Source of the DNA: Octopus vulgaris
Taxonomy: Eukaryota
Assembly: GCA_951406725.2 (NCBI GenBank)
Contig: OX597816.1
Location: 71,114,001-71,178,000, forward strand
Length of the DNA: 64,000 nucleotides
Reading direction: 5' to 3'
The notes beneath the pieces were generated by a model, which worked only from the letters and a program-made list of their open reading frames with translations, ran no database searches and had not been told where the DNA came from. Position 1 is the stretch's first letter. Each line of letters starts with the position of its first letter. Below are positions 41,277 to 55,756 of the stretch, piece after piece. The translations under genes were made by a program, and so were the position numbers.

Positions 41277-41437
41277 CAGTTCGTAGCGTTACAAAAATTA
41301 TATAACATGATATAATTTGATATACATGATATTTCGGTCGTGCCAGTCACTTACTAATCTGTGTTGTACGTGTTGGAGCGAAGTATCTTTACGCAAGTTG
41401 TAACTAGAAATTAATGGGAATTGCATATATATATATA

Positions 41438-41654
<217 letters not shown>

Positions 41655-41796
41655 ATATAAATCTATGCCCTCCTACATTCAACGTGCTAAAACAAGAATA
41701 GCTTTTTTGTGGTTTGAGATTTAACTCCCATTTCTAGCATGTTGAAAAACCATTTAGATGCTTTTCCTTCGTGCATAACTTTTATACACACATATA

Positions 41797-41907
<111 letters not shown>

Positions 41908-42151
41908 GTGTGTCTGTGTGTGTGTATGACAAGAAATAATACCATCAATTTCCAACTTATCTGGCTATTTCTGTGCCTCTACAAGTGAGAAGCAGAATAG
42001 CAAATCTCCACTCAAGTAAAATATTGTTGATCTCTGCTATGGTATTAGTACTCTTTTTTTCCAAACAGTTAACACACACGCACGCACATATATATACATA
42101 CATACTTACTTACATACACGCATACATATACATATATATACATATACACAA

Positions 42152-42276
<125 letters not shown>

Positions 42277-42279
42277 GTG

Positions 42280-42514
42280 TAGGGTGTTGTTCAAAAAGTC
42301 TCTCCGCACTGAGTAAATGGATTTTCGGGCGATTCTTGTACACTGATCCTTTACTTGTTCCTCAGAAAGAAAAAAAAAGTATTGTGTTAAATCAGAATCG
42401 TGGTGGCCAAAGTTCCTTCGAAATAATCCATTCACCGAAATACTCTGAAAGTAGCGCCATGGTGATGCGTAAGATGAAAAAAATTCGCTGCGGAGAGACT
42501 TTTTGAACACCCTG
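42280..42514 (-). mobile_element. Mariner-derived deletion derivative (MITE-like)
   Basis: TIRs agggtgttgttcaaaaagtctctccgca / tgcggagagactttttgaacaccctg; internal remnant [11 protein letters not shown] on the minus strand. Confidence 0.75.
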
Positions 42515-42792
42515 TGCAAGTATATAGAGGCGGCCCAGGTTCCCAGAATTTCTCACGGAAGATGGACAAAACAAACCAATCCAAATGGTATTCATAGTAT
42601 CCGGGTGAATGTAATTGGGAATGGCTTGCTTGTACTGGAACTCGGTCGTATAATGTACAAAAATGATAATGTCAAAGCCAATAATAGTATTTATCATCAA
42701 TGCATTTTATAACTTAGTTTCTGATAATCGCAATTATCTGAAACGTACGTGTCAAATGAATATAAAATATCGTTAATAAGCTAGAATTCATC

Positions 42793-42823
<31 letters not shown>

Positions 42824-43550
42824 AATAAATGTATATAAACAGAGAGAGATAGAGACAGACAGCCAGCCAGATAGATAGTTACTTGTATATACGTATGTAT
42901 GTGTGTGTATATATATATATGAAGGGGTTTGCATGATTGTGTATAGAGGGATATATATTATTCAAAGAAATTGCAGCTGTGTCTGTTTTTTTGTTTTATT
43001 CATATTCTTTATAGTATTAATGTAGAATATAGAATACATAGTATAAATAATATGTAGATAGTAAGACGAAATGAAGCATTGATTGTCTTATTGAATAGAT
43101 GAAATATTGAATATCAAATATTAAGGGACTAGTATACTTTCTTGCATTATAGCAGTCTTCAAGGTCCCAGGTTGTGACAGGAGTGTTTCACTTACGTATG
43201 TATGTATGTATGTATGTATGTATGTATGTATGTTTGTATGTATGTATGTATGTTTGTATGTATGTATGTATGTATGTATGTTTGTATGTATGTACGTATG
43301 TATGCATGTATGCATGTATGCATGCATGCATGTATGTATGTATGTATGTATGTATGTATGTATGTATGTATGTATGTATGTATGTAGAGAGGGAGAGAAG
43401 TTTTTATTCACTTCTAGAAGGATGCATCAGTTATTTCAGCCTGGCTCTGTTTGTAGACAGTTGAAAAGAATACTTTTAACGAAAAAAAAATAATAATTAA
43501 ATGATAGCATTGTAGTTGCGGTTGGTTGGGCCCCCTTAGTCTCCTGGCAA

Positions 43551-43589
<39 letters not shown>

Positions 43590-44643
43590 CCCTCTTTCCA
43601 AGAAATCCAATGCCTGTGGCTTGGTTTTTTTCCTTGGGGCTGGCCGGGTCGGAGTAATATCGAGATTAAACAGCCGAAATTGCTAAGATGATCCGGTTCC
43701 CGACTGAAGATTAGAGGCTTCGAGTGACCCGTCTGTTTTTTTGTGTCGTCTCCTTGTGTGTTTTTGCGTTCTTGTCCCACTTTGTAATTTATATTTTATA
43801 TTTAATTTCTATACATATATATGTTTCTAGATGAATATAAACATAAAGCAGCAACATAAATGAGTATATGAATGAATAGATAGATAGATACACACACATA
43901 CATACATACACACACACACACGTAAGGATATATATTTGCGAATACACACACATATACATATATACATATATTTATATTCATATTCAAAGATATACATATA
44001 TGCGTATACTATATATGCCCATAAATATACTATAAGTATTTATATATATACGTTTATATTATATACATATATGCATATATATATATTGATATACATTACA
44101 CAAACATATATATTTGTATTTATGTGTGTATATGTGTATGTGTGTGTGTATGTGCGTGCATCTATCTTTGCATGTGTAATGTACGTATGCTCCATTCATG
44201 TATACACACATATGGTAATACATGAATGGACATACATATATAAATATACACATATTGTTATATGCATATATCAATACATATATGTAACTATACACATATA
44301 CACATATGCTTCTGCCTATGTGCATGTGTGTGTATATGTGTATACACATATATACTCATAGTGATATATTAATAAATGGACAAAGACACTCTAAGTTAAA
44401 TAAATATGTATATATAAGCGTCTCAAAAATGTCTGCACGTAGGCGTACACTCAGCCAGAAGTATTTGTATACAATAGTATAAATACATACATACATACAT
44501 ACATACATGCATATAGATATATATAAATATAGACATATGTATGTATGTTTATACATGTATATATATGTATGTATGTTTAAATATATATATATTCATACAC
44601 ACACACACACATATATATACATACGTACGTACACATACATATA

Positions 44644-44675
<32 letters not shown>

Positions 44676-44706
44676 CGTATATATAAATATATGTATACAC
44701 ACACAC

Positions 44707-44744
<38 letters not shown>

Positions 44745-44846
44745 TATGTATACATGTGTATATGTATATATGTATATATATATACATGTGTATATATATA
44801 TATATATATATACACACAGATATATATATGTATATGTATACATGTG

Positions 44847-44897
<51 letters not shown>

Positions 44898-44961
44898 ATC
44901 TCTCTCTCACTCTCTCGCGCTCTCTCTCTTTTTCTCTCTCTCTCTGTATATATATATATAC

Positions 44962-44992
<31 letters not shown>

Positions 44993-45025
44993 TATATACA
45001 TATATATATACATATATATATAAAT

Positions 45026-45165
<140 letters not shown>

Positions 45166-45402
45166 GTACGTACGGACCAACGCATGTATGTGCTTATGCA
45201 TTTTTATCCGTATATAGATATTAGTATAATGTAACTGTCAACTCGACACGTAACCATTTATTAGAATTCTATAAGATCTACTTCGGAATGGAAATGGTAT
45301 TTATTGTTGACGAAACCAATTGTACATCTATATATATACATACATAAACACATACTCACTCGCACACACGCGCTCATGCGTGTGTGTGTGTGTGTGCGTG
45401 TT

Positions 45403-45464
<62 letters not shown>

Positions 45465-45499
45465 TGTTTCAAGGAATCTACGAAGAAAATAATAATAAC

Positions 45500-45563
<64 letters not shown>

Positions 45564-45979
45564 GTTTGAAATTTTGGCACAATGCCTGCAATTTCAGGAA
45601 AGGAGGTTAGTCGATAACATCGATATCCCAGCACTTAACGTGTTCGACCCCGGAAAGATGAAAGGCAAAGTCAAAAACTCTGAATGTAAAGTCGGACGAA
45701 ATACCGCTAATCCATTTTGTCCAACGAGACAAACGATTCTCCCAGCTTGCCGATAATAATATTAATAAGCCTTTCTATTAAGGGCTCAAGGCCTTAAATT
45801 TTGTGGGAAGGTGACTGGCCGATCACATCGACCCCAGTGTTTCGCTGGTGTTTCATTTATTGACCCCCACCACCGAAAGCATGAAAGACAAAGGTACTTC
45901 GATGGGATTTGGGCTCAAGGTATAAAGAACGGACGAAATGCTGTTAAACATTTGCAAATGTTTCTGCCAGGTTGCCGTC

Positions 45980-46520
<541 letters not shown>

Positions 46521-46602
46521 AAAAAAAACACTGAATGTAGCACAACGATTAAGTTTTAGGAAAACGGTGCAATATATATATGACAAGATCTTGCGAACGT
46601 AC

Positions 46603-46750
46603 CTGATGTTTTTTGTGAGGGATTAACGAACGTAAAAGCACTCCGATAGACATCTTGAAGCGTTACGTCCGGCATCCTTCGCTGGTCCTTAGGGTCAGCG
46701 TGAGTGGTCAACATCTTTTTACCACATTTGATCAGAAAAGATTTGGGCAT
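46603..46750 (-). CDS. First coding exon of a SNAG-domain transcriptional repressor (Snail/Scratch/Gfi/Insm/Ovo-type C2H2 zinc-finger family)
   Basis: Translates MPKSFLIKCGKKMLTTHADPKDQRRMPDVTLQDVYRSAFTFVNPSQKTS(G). MPKSFLIK matches the N-terminal SNAG motif MP(R/K)SFL(V/I)K. A at -3, in-frame TAA 18 nt upstream, phase-1 donor CAG|GTACGT at 46602-46601, unique non-repeat sequence. Zinc-finger exons not seen in the window. Confidence 0.8.
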
Positions 46751-47379
46751 AATGGAACTGCCCCCTTTAAGGAAACGATGTATATGCTTTTTAGCCTTGT
46801 TTGTCCAACTCGGTGTGCGAATGATGATAAGAAGAAAATAAATAAAATAAATATGAAAAAAATATTAAAGCAATAGAATGTATTTTTACCATAAAAACAT
46901 ATAAATATATATATATATGTATAAATGTATATATAATGCATATATTATGATAATGTTAGAAATGGCGATTGATCATTAGCATAATTGCAACAGCAGCTAA
47001 TAACGGGACAAGGGGCGGAGCAACCGAAATAATGATATGTGAAACACCCACCCATTCTCTCTTTCTTTCTCTCCTTTCCGTTCGCGTTACTCTATCAGAA
47101 ACTCCGCTTCTCTTCCATCCGCCCCACTAAACATAAATTAAAGGATGCCACCACCACCACCACCACTACCACCACTGCCACTCAAGCACGTTTCACCATC
47201 GCTGCCACCTCCGCCGCCGCAATCCGCCACCGCTGATGCTGCTGCTGCTGTTGCGGCTACTGTTGCTGCTACGCTTCCACCTATTTCTCCTCCGCCTACA
47301 CCCCCTCCCTACAACTATCAATACTACTACGACGACGACAGCGGCCGATTATAAATTTGAATACAGCTAAATGAAAGTA

Positions 47380-47580
47380 CTAGTAGTAGTAGAGCTGGTG
47401 GTCGTGGTAGTGGTGCTGGTGCTGGTGCTGGTGGTGGTTGTGGTCGTGGTGGTGGTGGTGGTCGTGGTGATGGTCGTGGTGGTGGTACTGCTGGTGCTGG
47501 TGGTTTTGATGGTGGTAGTGGTGGTCGTGGTCGTGGTAGTGGTCGTGGTGGTGGTGGTTTTGGTGGTGGTGGTGGTGGTG
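47380..47580. repeat. (GTG/GGT)n trinucleotide low-complexity tract
   Basis: Direct inspection; upstream of the SNAG exon. Confidence 0.9.
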
Positions 47581-47849
47581 CACGCTTTATGAAGGCGGTA
47601 GCATGCAGTCAGCTACTTAAATGTCATTATTGATAATGGCATTTATTCTAGCTTAATTTATTCATCACGATAATAGTAACGATGATGATGATGATGATGA
47701 TGATGAGTAGGAAGAGGACGACGAGGCAGAAGAGGATGGCGATGACAATGATGACGGTGATTGCGATGATATTTAAAGTACAAGATATATGGAAGATAAG
47801 CAAACTGCATGTGCGTACGTGTGTGTATGTGTATATGTGTGTGTTTGTG

Positions 47850-47923
<74 letters not shown>

Positions 47924-48136
47924 CACACTCACTCACACACACACGCACGCACACATATGCAGTCATGTTTGTGTGAGCGTGTGCGCTTATATGTATATAT
48001 AAATAATAATGAAATTATTGTATACAGTGCTCAGGTGCACCACAACATATGTGTGTGTTATGGAATATTCTGTTAAGAACGTACAGTATAAAGCTCATAC
48101 ACACACATACACAGACACACGCGCACACACGCGCAG

Positions 48137-48197
<61 letters not shown>

Positions 48198-48296
48198 CAT
48201 ACATACAATTACATATATATCAGTCGACAGAATGAGGAAAGTGACAATGTGTGTGTATAATGTATGTGTGTGTGTGTGTGTGCGTGCGTGCGGGCA

Positions 48297-48357
<61 letters not shown>

Positions 48358-48644
48358 CTAATGTAAGATTATACATAGCATAATATATAAAAGATATTTT
48401 ATTAAAAAGTGACAACATAACCTCTTGTTATGAAATTCCGTTATTTGTTTCAAATTCGATTACTTAATTATTCGGGTGGAGTGTTTAATTTCAGCTGCGA
48501 ATTTTTCTTTCTGTTTTGTTCTTTCTTTCTTTCTTTCTTTCTTTTATGAGTAATTACTTTTGATAAATTGACACAAAATCTAATTATATTCACACATGCA
48601 CACGCGCATACTTATATAAATCTGCACACACACACACACATATA

Positions 48645-49490
48645 AATTTGAGCTGATGCATTTTGGAAGAAAGACTATACTAAAACAGCCATACTCTCTT
48701 CCTTCAGGGGAACCACTCACGGCATCTAATAATATCAGAGACCTAGGAGTAATTGTTGATAACAATCTCAGTTGGAGTGCTCACATCAAAAATAAGGTCG
48801 ATATAGCTCATAGGCTGAGCTCCTGGATCTTAAGAACCTTCCGGTCCAGAGAACAAGGTGTCATCATTCCACTTTTCTCCCCTTTGTACGGCCACACCTC
48901 GAATACTGCTTCCCCCTGTGGTCTCCCCATACAAGACAAAACAGCTCGAAAATTGAATCACCCCAGAGGGTATTCACTAAACGAATTAAAGGCATGACTG
49001 ATCTCGATTATTGGGACCGCCTTAAAGCCTTGAAACTCTACTCTCTCCAGCGCCGCCGCGAGTGGTACATCATTTGCACGAAGTGGAGAATATTCCCCAA
49101 GCATTGACCAAACGACCTGAACATTAGCTTCAAGGTTCATCCAAGGCTGGGACCACGGGTCATACGTCTCCTACCCAATTCAGGATCACAACATTCAAGT
49201 ACACTGCTACACAATTTCTTTTCCTCAACAGGCCCTGCCCTGTTTAACATTGTCCCAAAACTGACCAGAGGAAAAGGATCCCATCACCTTTAAACAGAGT
49301 CTGGACAAATTTCTTCAAGGAATATCCGATAAGCCACCTATGCCTGGATACAACTCACTCAACAAGAACTCACTACACGAATGGACCATGATACCACAAC
49401 ACTTGATTTAAAAAGGATTTAGATAATCCTATCAGGTGGTGCTATAAAGTTAGACATGGCCTGGACCAATCTTTGGTCGAAACATACCTA
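48645..49490 (+). mobile_element. Degenerate 3' fragment of a second CR1-group LINE
   Basis: MHFG...IRDLGVIVDNNLSWSAHI...WILRTFRSRE, then LYSLQRRRE in another frame; frameshifted; homologous to the C-terminus of the 12.8-14.3 kb ORF. Confidence 0.88.
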
Positions 49491-50471
49491 GAAAGTTACC
49501 CTCCCAGGCACTAGTCCGGGCAAGGTTGTTTATGGAAGACCAGCAGTGGCCCATGCATACCAGCCTACCCTCTGCGCACTACTGATGTTATCCAAGGGAA
49601 AGGCAAGGGGGCCGATACAGCTTGGCACCAATGATGTCGCAGCTCATTTCTGCAGCCGAGTGGACTGGAGCAACGTGAAATCAAGTGTCTTGCTCAAGAA
49701 CACAACACACACGTGAAACTCTGAGTAACAGCTTTGCTATATTTCTGCTGCTTTTAAAAATAAAGCATATTACTCTCCCTCTGGTATTTGAGTACTCTTT
49801 TTTCCACCTTGTTTCACATTTATGTGCTTACTCCAGTATGTATATATATATATATATATATACGCAAAATGCATTTAAATACTTGCACTTATATATAGGA
49901 CGTAGAAATACTCGGTTTGGGCGTAGTAGTCCCACTGCGAACATGGGACTATGGTCTTTGTTAAGGCATCCTTCTGGGAGAAGACTAACGCATATATAGA
50001 AACCCGCTGTTCTGCTGAGCCGGATTATCTTGCACTTCGCTTGACTCTGGGATTCTTAGCGTTGTTAGTGAGAGTCGTTGTGGTGTTGTACAAACTGCAC
50101 TCGACTTAAAAACTTTGTGCAAGCATTTCTGACTCTCCTGTTAACGATGGTCATACCCCTCTAGCGAGTCGATAGGTATCATGTACAATTTTTTTTTTCA
50201 GATTGAGATTAAAAAAAAAAAACCAAGGCTGTGAAGATTTTAGCACCTTGTATTTATAAATGTTCTAAAATGTTCACAGCCTTGGTTTTTTACCTTATTC
50301 TGCAAAAAAAAAAAAAAATTTCTATATATACTCATGCTGATATATGACCTATGTTGGACTCCTTATTCGCATAATCACCGAACCTGGAGCCTAACTATGG
50401 TCTATCAACAGCACACTTACTCAGCATTACCTGACACCTTTGGGTCTTACTGACAGCATTACCTCTTATAA

Positions 50472-50524
<53 letters not shown>

Positions 50525-50779
50525 GTATGTATGCATGTATGTATGTATGCATGTATGTATTTTCCACGTCCTTCTTGCTTTTCTTTTTTTTTAATGTTCG
50601 CTTTGACTATATACATACATACATACATGACAAATTTTATGTACTATTGGATTTTACTCACAAGGTTTTGGAATCTTATATGTTTACCATTCTGCCTAAA
50701 TAATGGATCTACAAATGCAATAGCCCTGCATATCACACATCTGTTTTCATCCCTTCCACTTCACTCTCTATCTCGTATG

Positions 50780-50860
<81 letters not shown>

Positions 50861-50861
50861 C

Positions 50862-50904
<43 letters not shown>

Positions 50905-51251
50905 GAGACCCGTCCTTGTTTTCTTTGTATCGTCTGTCTGGATGCTTTGCGTTCTTGTCCCTTCGAAACACGCAATGAGTGGAAACAGGGGCAGCTGAAG
51001 AAGGGGAATATTCCTTGTGTTGTTTGTCTTGTAGTCTGTTTTTTCGTTGTTAAAAAAAGTCCGTTTCCTTGTTTGGTTTTATGTTTTCGTTTCTCGTTGT
51101 GTTCTACGTTTATTTGTGGTGTCCTGTACCCATATATGCATGTATATATACATATAGATGTAGGAATGTACATATATGTATGTATGCATGCATATGTTTT
51201 ATTTATTAAATTGTTATTATATGATTGAACGCACGCACCGTCTTCTTCCAA

Positions 51252-51286
<35 letters not shown>

Positions 51287-51449
51287 GACGGGCTTCTTTC
51301 AGTTTCCGTCTACCAAATCCACTCACAAGGCTTTGGTCGGCTCGAGGCTATAGTAGAAGACACTTACTCAAGGTGCTATGCAGTGGGACTGAACCCGGAG
51401 CCATGTGGTTGGTAAGCAAGCTACTTACCACACAGCCACTCCTGCACCA

Positions 51450-51523
<74 letters not shown>

Positions 51524-51527
<4 letters not shown>

Positions 51528-51624
51528 GATGAGACGTAGCCTTTGGTAGATTGACTTGATTGAGTTTAATTTAATTTAATTAGGCTGGTTTGCCATTAAA
51601 AACGTCGAAACAATGCATTGTCTA
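51524..51624 (+). ncRNA. Hammerhead, U4C variant, stem I truncated by (TA)n
   Basis: ta CCGATGA gacgt...acgtc GAAAC aatgcatt GTC ta; palindromic 8-nt loop III. Confidence 0.65.
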
Positions 51625-51753
51625 AAGATGAATATGGTAAATGTTTTTTTTAATTTTCCTTTAATTTCTGAATTACTACTACTTGGCTGTTTGAGTCCTG
51701 GCTGCTCTTTCTAGTGGGTCGAATGGCCTATTGAGGCCGTTCCTCAATTGTTG

Positions 51754-51807
<54 letters not shown>

Positions 51808-52921
51808 ATTAAAAACAAAATTAGCTAAGAGAAATAATTGAAAAAAGACAGTGGCCTGCATTTAACCTACATAGACAAGGGAAAGAGAGGTGAGGAGTGA
51901 AGAGGTGTGGGCAGTGGTTGAGTGGCAGAGATGAGTAACACTACCAGCAACGTCTACGCCTACGGCGCCAATTGCAATAACCACGGCGTGTACGTCACAC
52001 AGTAGCACCGCCTACTTTTTATCTCGCCTCCCTCTCACATGCACGCCTACAATAGCTATATCAACATGGCCAATTTGATTGCAATTAGGACAGAAATCAG
52101 ATAATGCATCACATCATTGTGGTAGTGGTGGTGGAGGAGTTGGTGGTGGTGGTTGTAGTGCTGCTGCCGCAGATGTCGCTGGTGATGGGGTTGGCTGTAG
52201 GGCGGGTTGATAGTCGTGATGGTAAGTGCTAGTGTTGGTGATGGTGGTGGGTCTGGTGGTTGCGGCAGTGACGGTAATGGGGGTATTATTGCTAAGACCT
52301 AAATGTTAAATCCGAAGAGATTTTTAATCATCAACAGCGTTTCAACCGTGACCATCTCACCCTTATTTTTTTTTATCAGACACCATATAGTCCAATCCAT
52401 CATTGTCTACAGACGCTGGTACTTGATCTATGGAAGATTTGGCTGCTATTTCTAGCAGATCGTACTAGCTTTTGTCAGTGTTGTTTACCTTCAGGTTAGC
52501 CCTGATTTAGCAGACCTATGATAATAAGCATTCCAGCCGTGCCAGTCACGTCATTTCCTTAAATGACATAAATCTACGACGATATTACCATACGTGTATT
52601 TTTCAAAGACGGTGAGACGTAATTTAGTGGGACTTGGTTGCCATTTCTAGCAGATCAAACGTCCTGTGTTAATAGTGGTTGTTGATGGGCGTGGTCGAAG
52701 TAGGAGGGCAGGCAGTCGATATGAAGTACCCAGATAACTCTAGATTAAGCACCGCCTGCTGATCCCACTGCTTCATGTCGTTACATACATACGTACATAC
52801 TCTGACAGTCATCATATATGCATACATAACGACACAAACACCACATACATATACACATTCATACAAATATACACACTAATCCATATATCTACATATGCAT
52901 ACGTACAGCACATAGCTAAGT

Positions 52922-53710
52922 ATACTCTTTTACTCTTTTACTTGTTTCATTCATTTGACTGCGGCCATGCTGGAGCACCGCCTTTAGTCGAGCAAATCGA
53001 ACCCAGGACTTATTCTTTGTAAGCCCAGTACTTATTTTATCGGTCTCTTTTGCCGAACCGCTAAGTGACGGGGTCGTAAACACACCAGCATCGGTTGTCA
53101 AGCAATGCTAGAGGGACAAACACAGACACACTAACATATACACACACATACATACATATATATATATATATACGACAGGCTTCTTTCAGTTTCCGTCTAC
53201 CAAATCCACTCACAAGGCTTTGGTCGGCCCGAAGCTATAGTAGAAGACACTTGCCCAAGGTACCACGCAGTGGGACTGAACCCGGAACCATGTGGTTCGT
53301 AAGCAAGCTACTTACCACACAGCCACTTCTATATATATATATACTATTTTACTCTTTTAGTTGTTTCAGTCATGTGACTGTGGCCATGCTGGAGCACAGC
53401 CTTTAGTCGATCAAATCGACCCCAGGACTTATTCTTTGTAAGCCTAGTACTTATTTTATCGGTCTCTTTTTTGCCGAACCGCTAAGTTACGGGGACGTAA
53501 ACACACCAGCATCGGTTGTCAAGCGATGTTGGGAGGACAAACACAGACACACAAATACGCACATATATATATATATACGACGGGCTTCTTTCAGTTTCCG
53601 TCGGCCCGAGGCTATAGTAGAAGACACTTACCCAAGGTGCTACGCAGTGAGACTGAACCCGGAACCATGTGGTTCGTAAGCAAGCTACTTACCACACAGC
53701 CACTTCTACG

Positions 53711-53712
<2 letters not shown>
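52922..53712 (-). mobile_element. Two tandem copies of a tRNA-derived CORE-like SINE with an internal microsatellite
   Basis: Head tggctgtgtggtaag / gggttcagtccc, ccttgggcaagtgtc, tail gactgaaacaagtaaaagagtaaaagagta. Confidence 0.85.
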
Positions 53713-53785
<73 letters not shown>

Positions 53786-53855
53786 ATGTGACCGCATGTG
53801 TATCGTTGGCGAAATTTTTTCCTCCGTCTCCCCTTGGATCTTTCCTTTTCCTATG

Positions 53856-53888
53856 TTTCTGACGAAGAGCTCCGCTCGAAACGTTAAA
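53856..53888 (+). ncRNA. Ultra-minimal hammerhead family (copies at 19301-19333 and 26261-26293 minus; related decayed copies at 19019-19054 and 32455-32490)
   Basis: ttt CTGACGA a gagc-tcc-gctc GAAAC GTT aaa within a repeated element of about 200 bp flanked by (TA)n. Confidence 0.68.
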
Positions 53889-53943
53889 TCCTCCTTGCCT
53901 CTTTCTTTTCCTGAGCGTCCAATAACACTATACTTGTTCCACG

Positions 53944-54004
<61 letters not shown>

Positions 54005-54028
54005 ACATATATATATATATACATATAC

Positions 54029-54074
<46 letters not shown>

Positions 54075-54183
54075 GTATATATATGTATATAATATAGGGT
54101 GAAATTAATTAATTTGGAATAATCATTAATTTCACCAAGTAGATTTCGGCATATAAAAGCCCCATCCATGGAAGGTTTAAGTA

Positions 54184-54782
54184 ATACTAAGTAATTAAGG
54201 GTTTAGCAACGATTTGCCTCACCACACACCGAATTTAGAAATAGCAGTCAAAGAGTTATGGCTATTCTTTCTACTTAAAAGGGAGATCCCAGTAAAACCA
54301 TCCCAGTAAATAACCGCAACATCTTATTCTGGCAGCACGCTGGTGGGAGGAGGATGGTGACATACTTTCATTCACCCTTGGAATTTGGTGGTACTGGTAA
54401 TGGCTTACGCTCGCTCTGATACCATGAGTTGAGGTGATGTCTTCTAGTGCCTCCAAATTTAATACACAATTATTAATAATTGAGACGCAATTATTTATAA
54501 TTGAAGAGTCCTACGCTGATGAGAAAAATAGTTGGGAAAGACATAATTATTTAATTTTTATGCTTTCCTATGACTTAATTTCGAAACGTACGTCCGTAGG
54601 TGACTTAATATAGAATGGTTGTCGTCATTTCTTTCTCTTTTGCCTGCATTGTTTGCCTTTTAAGTGCTGTGGTTTTACTGGGATCTCCCTTTTAAGTAGA
54701 AAGAATAGCCATAACTCTTTGACTGCTATTTCTAAATTCGGTGTGTGGTGAGGCAAATCGTTGCTAAACCCTTAATTACTTA

Positions 54783-54786
<4 letters not shown>
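54184..54786. repeat. Inverted repeat, 117-bp arms, flanking a hammerhead
   Basis: 54184-54300 mirrors 54670-54786. Confidence 0.93.
54510..54600 (+). ncRNA. Minimal type I hammerhead ribozyme (PLE-type), canonical core
   Basis: cctacg CTGATGA [long stem II] GAAAC gtac GTC cgtagg; 6-bp stem I, palindromic loop III, GUC site. Confidence 0.85.
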
Positions 54787-54820
<34 letters not shown>

Positions 54821-55090
54821 TTCACCTTCGAAACGCAGAGTAGATGAAACCATGGCGACTGAAGAAGGGGAATTTTCCTTGTGTTATTTGTCCTGTACTC
54901 TATTTTTTCGTTGTTTATGAAAAATGTCCAGTTCCTTGGTTTTGTGTTTATGTTTTCGTTTCTCATTGTGTTCGACGTTTTTTGGTGTCCTGTACCCATA
55001 TATGTATATATATATATATATACATGTAGAGGTAGGTACGTACATAAATGTATGTATATATGCATATGTTTTAGGTATTAATTTATTATA

Positions 55091-55147
<57 letters not shown>

Positions 55148-55151
<4 letters not shown>

Positions 55152-55350
55152 ATCCATACATAAATAGATACACACACACATACCCACACACAGAAACACA
55201 CACATAGTCATTGACTTTGTGTGCTTTCTGTTCATCTGTGTAATTAGTATATGTTCGTTTGTTTTACTATACGTTTTCTTTAATTGTGTGTATATATACA
55301 TATAAAGGGGTTTGTATGAATGTGTATAGAGGGATATATATATCATTCAA

Positions 55351-55400
<50 letters not shown>

Positions 55401-55607
55401 TTGAATGATATATATATCCCTCTATACACATTCATACAAACCCCTTTATATATATATATATATACACACAATTAAAGAAAACGTATAGTAAAACAAACGA
55501 ACATATACTAATTACACAGATGAACAGAAAGCACACAAAGTCAATGACTATGTGTGTGTTTCTGTGTGTGGGTATGTGTGTGTGTATCTATTTATGTATG
55601 GATGTTT
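55148..55607. repeat. Palindrome of about 460 bp centred on (AT)n
   Basis: Arms 55148-55352 and 55399-55607; related single fragment at 42900-42970. Confidence 0.95.
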
Positions 55608-55756
55608 ATATATATATATATACATATATAATTAATTAATAAGGGTGAGAGAATTAGATACTAATTTAATAGTATATTTATTCAACACCAAGTGGCCTAG
55701 TGCTTCGAGAAACCTGGATTATTATAATATTTTATAACATATTATAATATTTTTAC

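Noticed and set aside
42718-42756. Hammerhead-like CTGATAA...GAAAC gtacgt GTC
   Set aside because: Probably a decayed family member (G8A, no stem II), too degenerate to list as a feature; the same applies to 25835-25890.
47371-47592. Poly-Val / poly-His ORFs
   Set aside because: Trinucleotide low-complexity tract; no domain or splice support.
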